The position numbers and the translations under genes were made by a program. The notes under the pieces are model-generated. The model saw only the letters and a list, made by a program, of their open reading frames with translations, was not told the DNA's origin and did no database searches. Source: Octopus vulgaris (taxonomy: Eukaryota). Taken from it: a stretch of DNA of 64,000 nucleotides. Numbering within the stretch: the first letter of the stretch is position 1; every line of letters begins with the position of its first letter. The stretch spans positions 46,686,001 through 46,750,000 of the forward strand of contig OX597830.1 in NCBI GenBank assembly GCA_951406725.2. The letters run 5' to 3'. This document shows positions 12,284 through 27,160 of this stretch, one piece after another.

Positions 12284-12669
12284 ATGGATGGAAGCACTCC
12301 GTCGGTTACGACGACGAGGGTTCCGGTTGATCCGAATCAACGGAACAACCTGCTCGTGAAATTAACGTGTAAGTGGCTGAGCACTCCACAGACACGTGTA
12401 CCCTTAACGTAGTTCTCGGGGATATTCAGCGTGACACAGAGAGTGACAAGGCCGGCCCTTTGAAATACAGGTACAATAGAAACAGGAAGTAAGAGTGAGA
12501 GAAAGTTGTGGTGAAAGAGTACAGCAGGGATCGCCACCATCCCCTGCCGGAGCCTCGTGGAGCTTTAGGTGTTTTCGCTCAATAAACACTCACAACGCTC
12601 GGTCTGGGAATCGAAACTGCGATCCTATGACCGCGAGTCCGCTGCCCTAACCACTGGGCCATTGCGCCT

Positions 12670-12671
<2 letters not shown>
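12281..12671 (-). mobile_element. tRNA-derived SINE, family C
   Basis: Minus head GGAGGCGCAATGGCCCAGTGGTTAGG...GTTTCGATTCCC, 3' stem-loop CGTCG-TAAC-CGACG and a (TCCA)n tail. Near-identical copy at 37179-37555. Confidence 0.9.
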
Positions 12672-12752
<81 letters not shown>

Positions 12753-13049
12753 CATATATAACAGAATGACATAAAAATCCAAGGCTGTGAAAGATTTCAA
12801 AGCAGCTGTTTCCGGGATATTTTATATATCCCTTCATTGGAGACGGTGTAAGAAAATGGTTAAGCAATAGTTATTCTAGATAAGATATGAAATAGAGAGT
12901 GAAGTGGAGGAATAAAAATAGACGTGAGATATGCAGGGATATTGTGTCTGCAGTTCCATTATTTAGGCAGAATGGCATACATATAAGATTCCTTTACCTT
13001 GTAAGTTCCAATAGTATTTCAAATTGGTCATTCCAAGCATAGAGTGTGT

Positions 13050-13480
13050 AATCAATGGAACTGTAATCAACAGTGAACATCTGATATTTATTATATGTGA
13101 CCGTGTTCTGTTGTCGAAAGCAGGATACGTGAATCATATGAAGTCACATGAAAAGCGAAATTGCCATTCAGGTAATGATCTTGGACACCAACCGCCTCTT
13201 ACGACTTGTGTCGCGTGTCAGAAAACTTGTAAGACAATATCTGGACTTGAAGCACATATGCCAGTTCACACAAACATTCCTTCAGAATCAGATTCCAAAG
13301 GGCAAAGATATAGAAGAAACCTGAATAATATCTGTCACTTGTGTTTTAAATCCTTGGAGTCAGCTGCTGGTCTTAAAAGTTATCTGGGGGGGGATCATCA
13401 ACGGAAGGATTGTGCTGTGTGATGGAGTGTGGGGTGTAGGTTGATGGGACGGCTATCATCTCTCAAGATGAAGCAATCAT
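13050..13480 (+). mobile_element. 3' end of a LINE (probably RTE clade) encoding three C2H2-like zinc fingers
   Basis: ORF 13024-13422 contains ICDRVLLSKAGYVNHMKSH, CVACQKTCKTISGLEAHMPVH and CHLCFKSLESAAGLKSYL, followed by a short UTR with a stem-loop (13456-13471) and a microsatellite tail. Confidence 0.6.
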
Positions 13481-14149
13481 ATATGTGTGTGTGTGTATGT
13501 GTGTGTGTGTGTGTATACGTGTATGTGTGTGTACACGCGCGCGTGTGTATACATTAGAAGACATTGATTTATTATTTACTAAAGCAAAAATGTAGAATCT
13601 CAGCAGCGAGAAAGAGGAAAGTAGAATAAAATCTTATTTTGTGTTCTGTTGGAAATTTTCATTGAACGCAAGTGTGGACGTATGAATTATTAACGACGGG
13701 ACTAAGTATTCGAAGACATTTTCGGAGACATCAAGCTGCCTTTGTTACGTAAGAATTCCATTTAATCAATTAATTGAGGTTTCTTGCTTTTCTGCTTAAA
13801 TTCCGTTGCCAAATTCTATCGAATAATAAAAGATGTGAAATTCATTCAAATATACAATACTGTTGTAACTTAAGTGAAGTGATATCTCGGTTCAACCAGG
13901 AATCAAAATCCGTTCGTTTGCTTGTTGCTGGTTGGCAGAAAGTCTCATGGCTGAATTTTCATCAACCCTCAACTGCCTCCCTTTCACGGAAGGTATATTC
14001 TATCTATGTCTGGTTTGCGGTGATACATACAATGCATTGTCATATTTTTTCGGATTTTGGCATCGACTTCGACATCTCAGAGATGGACGACTTTATAAGA
14101 TTGAAGCTGACAAGGTTAGCGTATTTATGACCTTAGTTTCGTTGCTTAG

Positions 14150-14671
14150 TTTTGTTCCAGTGATTGTAGGAGCACTTGGAATGATAAAAAAAACGGAAGT
14201 GAAAATTATTTAAGAATGATCCCTGGCTTACCATCCATGCAGGAAGTGCAAAAGACTGTCTTAACTGTGACGTCACACATATTGAGAAGAGCATTGCCGC
14301 TGTGAATTTTCTTTCCTTTTCCCCTTTATTTTCTTTATTACTGGTATTGTTTTTCATCTTCATGTTCCCCATCTTGAATACTTCAATTTCAAGGTCTTTG
14401 TATTTTGACAATTTTTCCACTTCTTTTTGGACAATATTTTGGTCAGAAGGAACTGCAATGTCTATCAGTAAGCAAGTGTTTTTTTTTCCAATCCTTGATT
14501 ATGATGTCTGGTTGATTAGCTTTTTTATCAGTTTGAACAGGCGTATCGCAGATGATCATGACCTGGTCGTTGTCTTGTATTTTGTTTCGCACGTGTTTAT
14601 ACAATTTATTGCCAGTTTTAATCTTGTAGTGTTGGCATATTATCCAGCAGCTATAACCACTTATTCATGTT

Positions 14672-14711
<40 letters not shown>

Positions 14712-14880
14712 CAGATTTGGCAAGGAATGGACAGCCAGTGCTGATGCGGTCAACTGCCTCATTGTGCTTGTTGCCAATTATATATTTGGTGTTAGGGCCT
14801 GTTTCCATTATTTTGCTTTTATAGTTGTCAGGCATTGGTCTTGCAGCGAGAACCAGTCCTTCCGTTTCAATTATTAGTCC
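14150..14880. mobile_element. R4/Dong-like non-LTR retrotransposon fragments (restriction-like endonuclease), in two orientations
   Basis: Minus 14340-14880: ETEG...GCPFLAKSE...TCLLIDIAVPSDQNIVQKEVEKLSKYKDLEIE. Plus 14150-14305: VPVIVGALG...QEVQKTVLT.TSHILRR. Confidence 0.75.
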
Positions 14881-15284
14881 AGTAATTTTGTAATTGTTTA
14901 ATGAAATTAGAAAGGGTTTAGAACGTTGCGAGACAATTTTGTGGAGGTTATTAGATCAACTTTGAAATTTTCAGTGTCTCTTATGGGCGGAGTGTTTTTG
15001 GGAAGTTGAATTCTAATTAATCTACAGATGGATTGTAGCTCTGATTCCCGAACAAATATGATTTCCAGTGCATGAGACTGTTTGCATTGTATGTTTTTCC
15101 CTATAGAGCGAATCCAACAAAGTTTCCTTGAAGCAATACTGAAGTTTTTCAACGAAAATAGAATCGATTGTCTTTTTTACCTTCAACTGTTTACGCCTCG
15201 TTTATAAATGGTGATTGTTAAATTCAACTTCTTCAAATAAATATGTTGAGTGGTTCTTTTGTTTCCTACCTACCTACCTACCTA

Positions 15285-15379
<95 letters not shown>

Positions 15380-15395
15380 ATGTATGTATGTATGT

Positions 15396-15458
<63 letters not shown>

Positions 15459-15988
15459 GGTGAAGTGCGTGTGCAAGTAAAACAATACATAACTTTTTAA
15501 TTTCTCGAATCTATTTTCTGCTTGGATTGTAATCTTTTCGTATATACATTTTGCTGTCCACTGGATTCTTTTTATTAATTCCTGGAGTTTTATTTTTACC
15601 TAATTCTCATAAATTTTGCGATTTTATTGGAGTCTTCTGTTGATCTCTGAATTCAATTGTATCAAGCTCTTTTCTCTCTCATTTCCAAATGTCTTACTGC
15701 TATACACCTGAAAAAAAGGAAAGAAGACATTTTCCCGTCCCTACATGCTTTTGTTTGTGTGCCTGTCCATACATAAAGGACACGTTACCCCTTGCTTTCG
15801 CAATCCCATACGATTTTTCGACACCCTTATCTTCTCTCACACGCATTCTCCCTCATCTTTCCAGAAATTACACACACACATACATGCATTCTTTTACTTG
15901 TTTCACTCATTTGACTGCGACCATGCTGGAGCACCGCCTTAATATATACATACATATATATATACATATATATTTATATATATATATA

Positions 15989-16512
15989 CATGGTAGCTGC
16001 CCCCTCGTTATCGAGTATGGCCATTGCACGAAGCTTAATCAATGTTGTTATCGTGCAATGCCTGTGCAAGAAGATTTTTTATAGTGAAGATAGGCTGTGC
16101 ACTGAATCAATCCCACTCACTTAGCAACAGCAGCCATAATCCGAAAAGAAGAACAAGTCAACATCATCGGTAACCACTGAGCCGCAGGTTTTATGTCGGA
16201 GTTATCCCAGTTACCTGAGTTACCTTCTCCTAGAAGGATGCCCTAACAAAGGCTAGGAGTCCTTCACTCCCAATTGTTTAACCGCACGATCGGGTATTCA
16301 GTCCGATTATTTCTATGTTCCCGCGCATGATACAGCCTTAAAGCATTTATTGGATGGCCGTTGACTCTCAAGAGTTCCTCCGCCCTTTGACGGGTTTTGT
16401 TTTTCATCCCGCAGGGTGTCCAATAAACACCCTCCTCACCAAGCAAGCTTGGTGGGGTTGCCGGTTTAGTCGCCGACGACCCGACCATGCAACAGGTTGT
16501 ACTGGGTTACAT
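15989..16512 (-). mobile_element. Probable non-autonomous RTE-derived element (structured 5' end plus RTE-like 3' end)
   Basis: GC-richer block between (TA)n tracts, with several hairpins (CACCAAGC/GCTTGGTG, GGGTGT/ACACCC) and a 3' stem-loop CTCG-ATAA-CGAG. Confidence 0.45.
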
Positions 16513-16543
<31 letters not shown>

Positions 16544-16907
16544 CCAACCTCAATATTTCCAACTTCTGCTAACCAACACCACCATACTTCCACACTTGTA
16601 CGCATCTATACATATAAACCTACGCAATGACACACAAACACCTCTCACACCCATTTCTAGATCTAGATGTACTCAGATATATGCATCTGCACACTCGCCC
16701 TTAAATCTCTCCTCTCCCCCACCCCATAGAACAACATTCTCTCATTCTACTTTCTAACCACTTCATGCGTCCATTCCACTGTATTATTATTATTGTTTTT
16801 GTTCTTCTTATTTTTATTATTTTTCTGTTTTGTGATTTTGTAATGATTCTTCTTTTATGCATTCAGTATTTGTATATCTCTCTCGCGCTCTCTTTGCTTT
16901 TCTTTTT

Positions 16908-16935
16908 CTGATGAAGGACTAACATCCGAAACGTT
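16908..16935 (+). ncRNA. Hammerhead core remnant (helix I not recoverable)
   Basis: CUGAUGA-A-GGA-CUAACA-UCC-GAAA-CG-UU, same layout as 8926-8958. Confidence 0.45.
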
Positions 16936-17035
16936 TTTCTCTATCCTTCAGCTCACAACCTCTTAAACTAATACCTTCTTTATCAGACTTGGTTCTTCTA
17001 TTGCTGTTCGTTTTATATCATTGCTTTGACGTGAT

Positions 17036-17135
<100 letters not shown>

Positions 17136-17757
17136 TCGCACACACACATTTGCGCATAACATTCACGTTGTTTTCGCAATTTGAAGAAATAAAAAAAACA
17201 TTATTGAACTTCTCTAAATATCTGTTCTTTGATCAGCTTTGATTTTGGCAAAACAACAACAACAACAACATTTGATTCACTGACAAAGTAAAACCTTAAT
17301 TTATTCATTTTGTTTGTTTTACAAATTATTAATTTTGATATATTTTTTTGTCTTTCGTTTTTTGTGCTGCTTTTTTCTTCTCTACAACATTTGATCAAGT
17401 ATTTCCACTTGAGTGACAAAACAAATAGAAATACAAAAAAAAAAAAAAAGATAAAAATCACAGAAAGATATTTACACAAATCATTATTGATAAAAATGAC
17501 ATTTATCATCATAAAAATGATACACTTGCTAATAAGGTAATATTCATATCAGGCATAGAGACTAATTCATCCATATTTATAAATAGAATTGGTGTGGAAG
17601 GGGGAGGGGGAACAAATGGGACATTTTCGGTGTTCACACCTGCACCAAAAGATCTTAGCAGCATCAGTAAAACGAAGCGAAGTAGACCAAGTGAAAACGA
17701 TTTTCATCAAGAATATGGAAATCGTGGTCACGGAATCGTTTCACCAGTTACCACCTG

Positions 17758-17826
<69 letters not shown>

Positions 17827-18221
17827 TTTTGGGATGCAGTACGAGGATTTTACATAATTTAGGGAAAAAAAGGTTGAAATGGGAAATCGCTTTCCCATAA
17901 ACTTTAGCAATGTAAATATCAAATTAAGTGAGGTGAATTAAAACAGCTTGAAACGGGGATCGAAATCCATTCTTTGGATTCGGTTCGCCCGGAGCTTATC
18001 TCTTCCTTATAAGCCTTATAAGCTTCACCAGATTTCAGAAAGATAATGGATACAATACAATACAATGTCGTGTAAACCCTTTTTACGTTTCATATAAGAA
18101 AATAAACTCAAACGTACATTCTCGTCTGTCTATACTCAGAACCATGTACTCATACATATATATATATATATATATATATACACGTTAAAAAACAGAGGGA
18201 AAACAAATTAACAATAACATT

Positions 18222-18930
<709 letters not shown>

Positions 18931-19321
18931 AGGTAGCTAAATACATTTTGGCATTTTTGCCTATCGATCTATCAAATGTGTCTCTACATTTATGACAACA
19001 TCAACAACAATAATAGTAATAACAATAATAATAATAATAATAGTAATAATATTGATCACAGTTTCTGAAATTTAAAAATTTTGGAAAATGCTTTGGGTAA
19101 TTGAATCACTATTCTTTGGTTCTCGGCATCAAATGTAAAAGAGGAAATGAATAAAAACGTAATAGAGTGGTATTTATGCCCGATTAACTAAAATACCAAT
19201 GAGTTCAGCACATTGATTATCAATTAAAAACCGTGCCTCTAAGGAAAGCAATGAATTAGGATCAAATTGCGAATTAAACTAAGCGTTTAGTAACGTAATT
19301 ACCTTCGACAAGATATTCAAA

Positions 19322-19324
<3 letters not shown>

Positions 19325-19407
<83 letters not shown>
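19325..19407. repeat. (AG)n microsatellite
   Basis: Read directly. Confidence 0.97.
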
Positions 19408-19412
<5 letters not shown>

Positions 19413-20557
19413 TTTCACCATGAGCATGCGTCGATATTGTTGCCCACACTAAATTCTAATGATGAAATCATGATTTCTTTTGGCTAATCACAAAGACAAT
19501 TTTTGCAAGGGACGTGAAGTGAAATGGTGACACTCTTAGCTTTTTAAACGTTATCGATAAAAGTATCGACTGCACCGTGATACAAGTCACACAACTTACG
19601 CATAGATGTCGTTTTATACCATTTAATTCCGTTGATAGCGGTAAATGACGTTATCTGCCGTTATACTTATTTTTGCGTTGTTATTTTTTGTTACATAACA
19701 TTTCACATTATTTAAAAATAAAATAAAACCCAAAAATGTGGCTAAAACAGTATAGGTGTTTTTAATGGCTACAATGATTTTTCTACAATAAAACTGTTTG
19801 AATTTCAGCAGAGGATTTCGGATCAAATGACGTCAAACAAATACAATTCCAAAGAATAAAGTGAAATGGCTTTAGATGGAAGTTGAACTGAGACGCATAT
19901 GTCAAAATTATGAACGAATGATGATCGATTAATGATTATAATTCAATATCTACTCCCTAATTTGGAAAAAAGCAAGATATAGTTGTAGTCCACAAAGGAA
20001 CGGGCTTAAGACTTAAATATGTGGAGTGTATAATATTTTACTGAGAGTTAAAATACCTGTGACAAAACGTTATTAAGTGTTTCTTACAAAAGAAGAAAGG
20101 TAATGACATATTTTTTGTATGGAAATTTGAAAATAAGAGGAGTAAAGATGAATGTAAACGGAGTAAATAACTTCAACATCATCATCTCGACAATCAACAA
20201 CAACAATATCAAAGAAGCGTCAGTTACATAAAGTGAACCTTAAACCAATCAAATATAAATTAGATGAATCAAATTTCCATTCCATTACTCAGAGTTTCAG
20301 GCAGTGAGTCAAACATCAGACGAGGATTGGTAGTGGTGAGAGCAGTATCGGGTCGACTTTTGCAGTTTCTTATTGGCTCATTTTAGTTCATAGTAGTAAA
20401 TACACCAACAGAATATTTTGCTATTTCTCGAGTGAAGAAGATTCAAATATTAAGTAAAAGAGCAAAAATCCGAGTTGATGTTCAAATGTCACCATTAAGA
20501 TGAATTAATATACATACTATACATACATACATATATATATATGTTTATATATATATA

Positions 20558-20642
<85 letters not shown>

Positions 20643-21399
20643 ATCTGAATAATAGATAGATCACTGATGTAGAGAGCGGAGCTCACTGGAGTTTAGTAAC
20701 TCAGAAACCGGCTGAAGCAGTTCGAATGATATAGAAGGAAAATTTAGTCTCTTTCCTACAATATCGTTCCAACTATTCAGAGGTTTTTAACAGTAACAGC
20801 TCTCGTCTGATGGTTACTGCCGAGCATGGAAAATTGAGTGATGAAATGTGAAGTCATATGATGTAATATACTTAGTATTCATCTCAAATTTACTCTTTTC
20901 CTTCTAGTATTGAATACTTCTCATTTTTTTCCGTAAAGCTATTTTAGAAGTAGAAACACTTGAAATACAACCCTGTTATATGTATAGATATATATATCGA
21001 CTTCTAAACATATAGATGTATGTATATATATGTGTGTATATGTAAACAGACATACGAACGTGGAAAGCTAAGCTAAAGAAATAAAATATGTAAATTCAAG
21101 TGAGATAACAATGAAAGGGTTTCCGAATTTTATTTTTCCAATTCAACATGAACGCCGGTATATTTGATTTGCAAAATAAATATATTTACAGTTTGTTATG
21201 GAAGATTGAAAATTCTACACCAAAATCTAGGAAGATTAGATTAATCGTAGCAGCAGTTTTTAACATCATCAAAAAGAAAAGAAAAGGAAAAGGTCTGCAA
21301 AAATCTGGAGATTGTAATTATACAGGGCGGAGGTAAGGTGGGGGGAGGAAAGAAATGGTTTTTCGGGGATAGGAATTTTAGAATTTTCACACACACGCA

Positions 21400-21431
<32 letters not shown>

Positions 21432-21450
21432 CATACACACACACACACAC

Positions 21451-21499
<49 letters not shown>

Positions 21500-21565
21500 C
21501 TCTCTCTAATATATATATATATATATATATATACATACATACAAATTATAAAGTATATATGAATG

Positions 21566-21596
<31 letters not shown>

Positions 21597-21627
21597 GATA
21601 ACAGTATATATGCATATATATATATAC

Positions 21628-21680
<53 letters not shown>

Positions 21681-21795
21681 TATATTGGTACAGGACGTTA
21701 CAATAAGTAAACAACATGAAATTCGAAAACAAACTTTTGTATGCGAACGATGAAAAAAAAACAAATGGAAAACAAGACAAGTAACATAAAGAACG

Positions 21796-21858
21796 ACCCT
21801 TCATCAGTTGTCGGCTGTTTATCTACTCCACATTTCGAGCAATTCACGACAATATGTG
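21796..21858 (-). ncRNA. Candidate hammerhead ribozyme with non-canonical strand order, copy 1
   Basis: CACA-UA-UUGUCG-ugaauu-GCUC-GAAA-UGUG-gaguagauaaacagc-CGACAA-CUGAUGA-A-GGGU. Helix III CACAU/AUGUG, helix I UUGUCG/CGACAA, helix II GCUC/GGGU. Confidence 0.7.
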
Positions 21859-22264
21859 CCTTCCAGAAAACAGTTGCTTCCGCGAACCAAAATAAAATTT
21901 GGGATTTGCGGAGAGTCAAAATTGGTAACAAAAACAGGACAGTGGAGACATACAACAAACCAAACAAAAACAAACAGGGAGGACCGTTAGGTCAGACGAG
22001 ATAAGGTAGCGAACGCTGGAGCAATATTCTTTGACAAGAGAAAAGATAGGAGAGGAGACAGATAATAGTGCGTCTGGTCTGTGCGACAGACTGAAGGAAA
22101 AGAAAGATGACCAGGTGAGGAAAAGAAAGATGGACAAGGGTCACGTGTGAGCAACGAGAGAGAGTAAAGGAGGAAGCGGGAGACAGAGACAGATAGAAAA
22201 CAGTGAAGCGGAGAAAAAGAATTAGAGAAAGGAAGAGAGAGAAAACGAAAGGGGGAGAGAGAAA

Positions 22265-22298
<34 letters not shown>

Positions 22299-22786
22299 GC
22301 ATATAATCATGTATATGTTTGTGTATATATCGAGGGAGGTAGAATTATATATCCATCTATATACATATATACATACACACACACATACGCACGAACGCAC
22401 ACACACACACACATACGCACGAACGCACACACACACACACACACATACGCACGAACGCACACACACACACACACATATATACACATACATATATGCATGA
22501 ATGTAAACACATAGTAAACCAAAAAGAAGAAAAAGAAGACGAGAGAGGGAGAGAGAGCGAGAGAGAAAGAGAGAGTGAGTAAATAGGGAGGGAGAGAGAG
22601 AGAGGTGCAGATATATTTCATGATGTCAGATTTTTTTTAGAATAAATTTTTTTAGAAAGGAAATGAATATATAATACAAATTTATTTATTCAGCATTTTA
22701 ACATTTATTATCATTACTAATATTTAAAAAATTATTATTGTTACCGGCATCTCCATCGTCAACGTCGTCGTTGTTTTTGTTGTTGA

Positions 22787-22843
<57 letters not shown>

Positions 22844-23693
22844 AGCACTAACTCATCATGAAAATCGTGTAATTTTTTTTGATTTTCTGCTTGCTCCTCG
22901 TTTCACTCATGGCAACCACAACTGTTTCTTCACTCTAGGCCCTCCATTTGTTAAAAAATACTTTGATTACATTTCCGCCTAGTTGAGAAATAACAATTTT
23001 TGTTTTTTTTTCTTTCCTTTTCGTAATTTCATTAACTTTGTTAAAAAAAAAAAATCAACACATTTAACAGCGTTTAACTAAGGAATCGTCGATGGAAGCC
23101 AACACGACTAAACCCAAATTATTTCTAACAGAACACGTTCTGACAATTTTCTTTGCATTGGAACGAGGCTTGAAATTCATATATTTTTTCAAAAGAATGG
23201 AATGGAAGTTTGGAATTTGTAATATTCATGGTTTTCCGAATGGAATTTCTAGTATAAAATAACTGTTTTCAACTGGGATTTGAAACCCAAAGCAACTCAC
23301 ATAGAAACTGTCATTTTCTGGAACTTTAGTTGGTGAATCAGGATTTTTAATCAAAATGTTGAAGAAGAAAATGGTGAAATATATTTTCGAAGCGAAGAAT
23401 TAGAACAGCGAAAAGAGAGGTGACAGCGATGTATTGAAGCATAATACAGAGACGGATATACTGTGATGTGGATAAACAGGAAACCGCTGGATGTATATGT
23501 GTATGTAAATGTGTGTGTGTTTGTTGCGCGCGTGAGTACTTTTATCGTATGTATTGTCACAAACTCCAAACTCCGAGGTTTTTATTGTAAGTGACCTAAC
23601 CTCGTTCCTATGAACGGGTAACCATAATCCTAATACACACACGCACATGTACACCTTTATACAAATATATGTATGTGTGTGTGTGTGTGAGTG

Positions 23694-23990
<297 letters not shown>

Positions 23991-24437
23991 TATGTAAAGA
24001 AAATGAGTAAATGAGAGAAAGAAAGCGGCTAAGACAGAGAGAGGAGAGTTTCTTGTCACAGTTCTCATTCTTGTCTTGAAGGAAAAAATCATAGTTAATC
24101 ATTGATGTTCTTGGAAGACGGTTCTGACTTCGGCGTCCAAACGAATCGCCAGTGAACAGGGAGGCGAGGCTGCAATGTATGTGAAATGTGTTGAGGAAGA
24201 CTGAATCGTATGTAGTAGACGAGAAACAACGAGCGTTAGCGACAGGTCTGTCATATAAATTTCATTTCAAGCTAGATGTTTCGTTTTAGCCAGAAATATT
24301 TCATGTTACAAGCGTTGGTTTTGCTTCCATATATATGATTCACGTATCCTTAACAAGTAAACAGAGAGAGAATAAAAAAAAAACTTTTGGAGCTATATAC
24401 ATACATACATAATACATATATATATATATATATATAT

Positions 24438-24512
<75 letters not shown>

Positions 24513-24760
24513 AATATATGTGTAGTTATGAGTGTATTCATGTATGTAAAGTAAATAGTTGTACTACATGTAATTTATGAAGGTGTAGAAAAGTACATAT
24601 CTACTAGTCTAATACGAAGACGAAAAAATACATTAACAAAAGGCAAAATAGACTTCATCATCATCATCATCATCATCATCGTCGTCGTCATTTTGATCAA
24701 AGCCACAATCTTTACAATATTTCGTTGTGAGTTGAAATTTAGAAATTCACAGTTTAGCTG

Positions 24761-24796
<36 letters not shown>

Positions 24797-24874
24797 GTGT
24801 GTGTGTGTGTGATATGCACGATACACGATATATATATATAATTTATATAAATATATACATATATATATATATGC

Positions 24875-24907
<33 letters not shown>

Positions 24908-25368
24908 AATATGCATATGTACGTACATGCAGACATACATACATGCATACACACACAGACACTCACTCAGACACACACATACACACATATGCTTGCACAA
25001 AGGATTCCATTACATATAACAATGCGACAAACAAGAAAAAAAATCTCTTAAAAACAACAACAACAACAACAACAACAACAAAAGCCGATCGTAATCTTTT
25101 TCTCTTTCTTGAATCAGTTTTGATAGAAATTTTGTTGTTTTTCAGAATTAGTTGAAAACTTGTTTCTATTCTTTTGCGTTGTTTCTGTTTTAGGCGAAGT
25201 CGACGCTTCTTTCTGGGATATGTTTTTGATATGAGCCACAGTTTGCTCGGTGAATACGCTTAGATTGATCCACGAAAACGACACGCAATAAACAATGGAA
25301 TCGTGGAAACGAGAAGCGGTTGGTATGCATGTATGTGTGTGTGTGTGTGTGTGTGTGTATACATATGG

Positions 25369-25413
<45 letters not shown>

Positions 25414-25420
25414 TACATAC

Positions 25421-25498
<78 letters not shown>

Positions 25499-25540
25499 AC
25501 ATACATATATATATAAACATACACATATTTAAAATATGTT

Positions 25541-25571
<31 letters not shown>

Positions 25572-25721
25572 ATGTACATATATGCATATATGTGTGTGTG
25601 CGTATGTGTGTGTGAGTATGACATATAAAATATGTAATATACATCAAAAATGCAAATATGCATATATACATACATACACACATATATGTATATATACATA
25701 TAGATATATACATACATACAT

Positions 25722-25786
<65 letters not shown>

Positions 25787-26239
25787 AATATATATGTATA
25801 TATAAAATGCATATGTATTTTCATCTTTATGCACACACACTTACACATAAATACACATATGTATATTTTAATGGTTGTTATTTTGCTTTTGGTAGGTGTG
25901 CGGCATGGTTTGTGAATTTCCATGCATCTGTCGATGTGGGCGCTGTCAGTGTAAAATGTTTTTTTTTTATTCTTGCTTTATAATTTGGATTTTTTTTTTC
26001 TACGAAATATTTGTCAAAGTTGGAAAACTAAGCCAAATCACGAAATCGATGCCAACATTAAGACTATTGATATGTTGTTATAAGAAAGAAATTCGCATGG
26101 GAATATGTTCTGTATGAAAATGGTTAAAGTGGAAAGGGGAGCAAACATCCACACATCATGAACCGTTGAAAAAGAAAAGCCAAAAAATGGTTTGCAAAGC
26201 TAGAACAATGCATAAAGTGCTGTTTATGTTGAGGCATTC

Positions 26240-26293
<54 letters not shown>

Positions 26294-26335
26294 ATAAAAA
26301 TGGTAAGACAACAAAAGAAAGAAACCATAACATTT

Positions 26336-26406
<71 letters not shown>

Positions 26407-26577
26407 GTATATATAAAACGCGTACATATACTTGCACACAGACACACACACAAAACACGCACACACACACACAACACACATATATATTGGTATGTGTATA
26501 GTGTAATATATATGCACACACATAAACACATACATATACATGCATATACGTATATATGTATGTATCGTTCTCTCTCC

Positions 26578-26608
<31 letters not shown>

Positions 26609-26759
26609 CGTATGTAATATACTAATAGATATATAATATTTATATGATATATTTTAAAATATACTAATAAATGTATAATGTGAAATAGTAAATCAATAAT
26701 ATAAGATATATAACAATAAGGTATTAAGAATAGATGAGACAAGATTCAACCACCACCAC

Positions 26760-27159
<400 letters not shown>

Positions 27160-27160
<1 letters not shown>

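Noticed and set aside
12600-12671. tRNA gene
   Set aside because: It is the tRNA-like head of a multi-copy SINE, with no complete cloverleaf or terminator.
13024-13422. Host C2H2 zinc-finger gene exon
   Set aside because: Degraded ligands, non-canonical linkers and a retroelement-like 3' end. Treated as LINE-derived.
16425-16470. Twister-like AAC...GAGGGU on the minus strand
   Set aside because: Lacks the P4 loop and pseudoknot partner. It is a simple hairpin.
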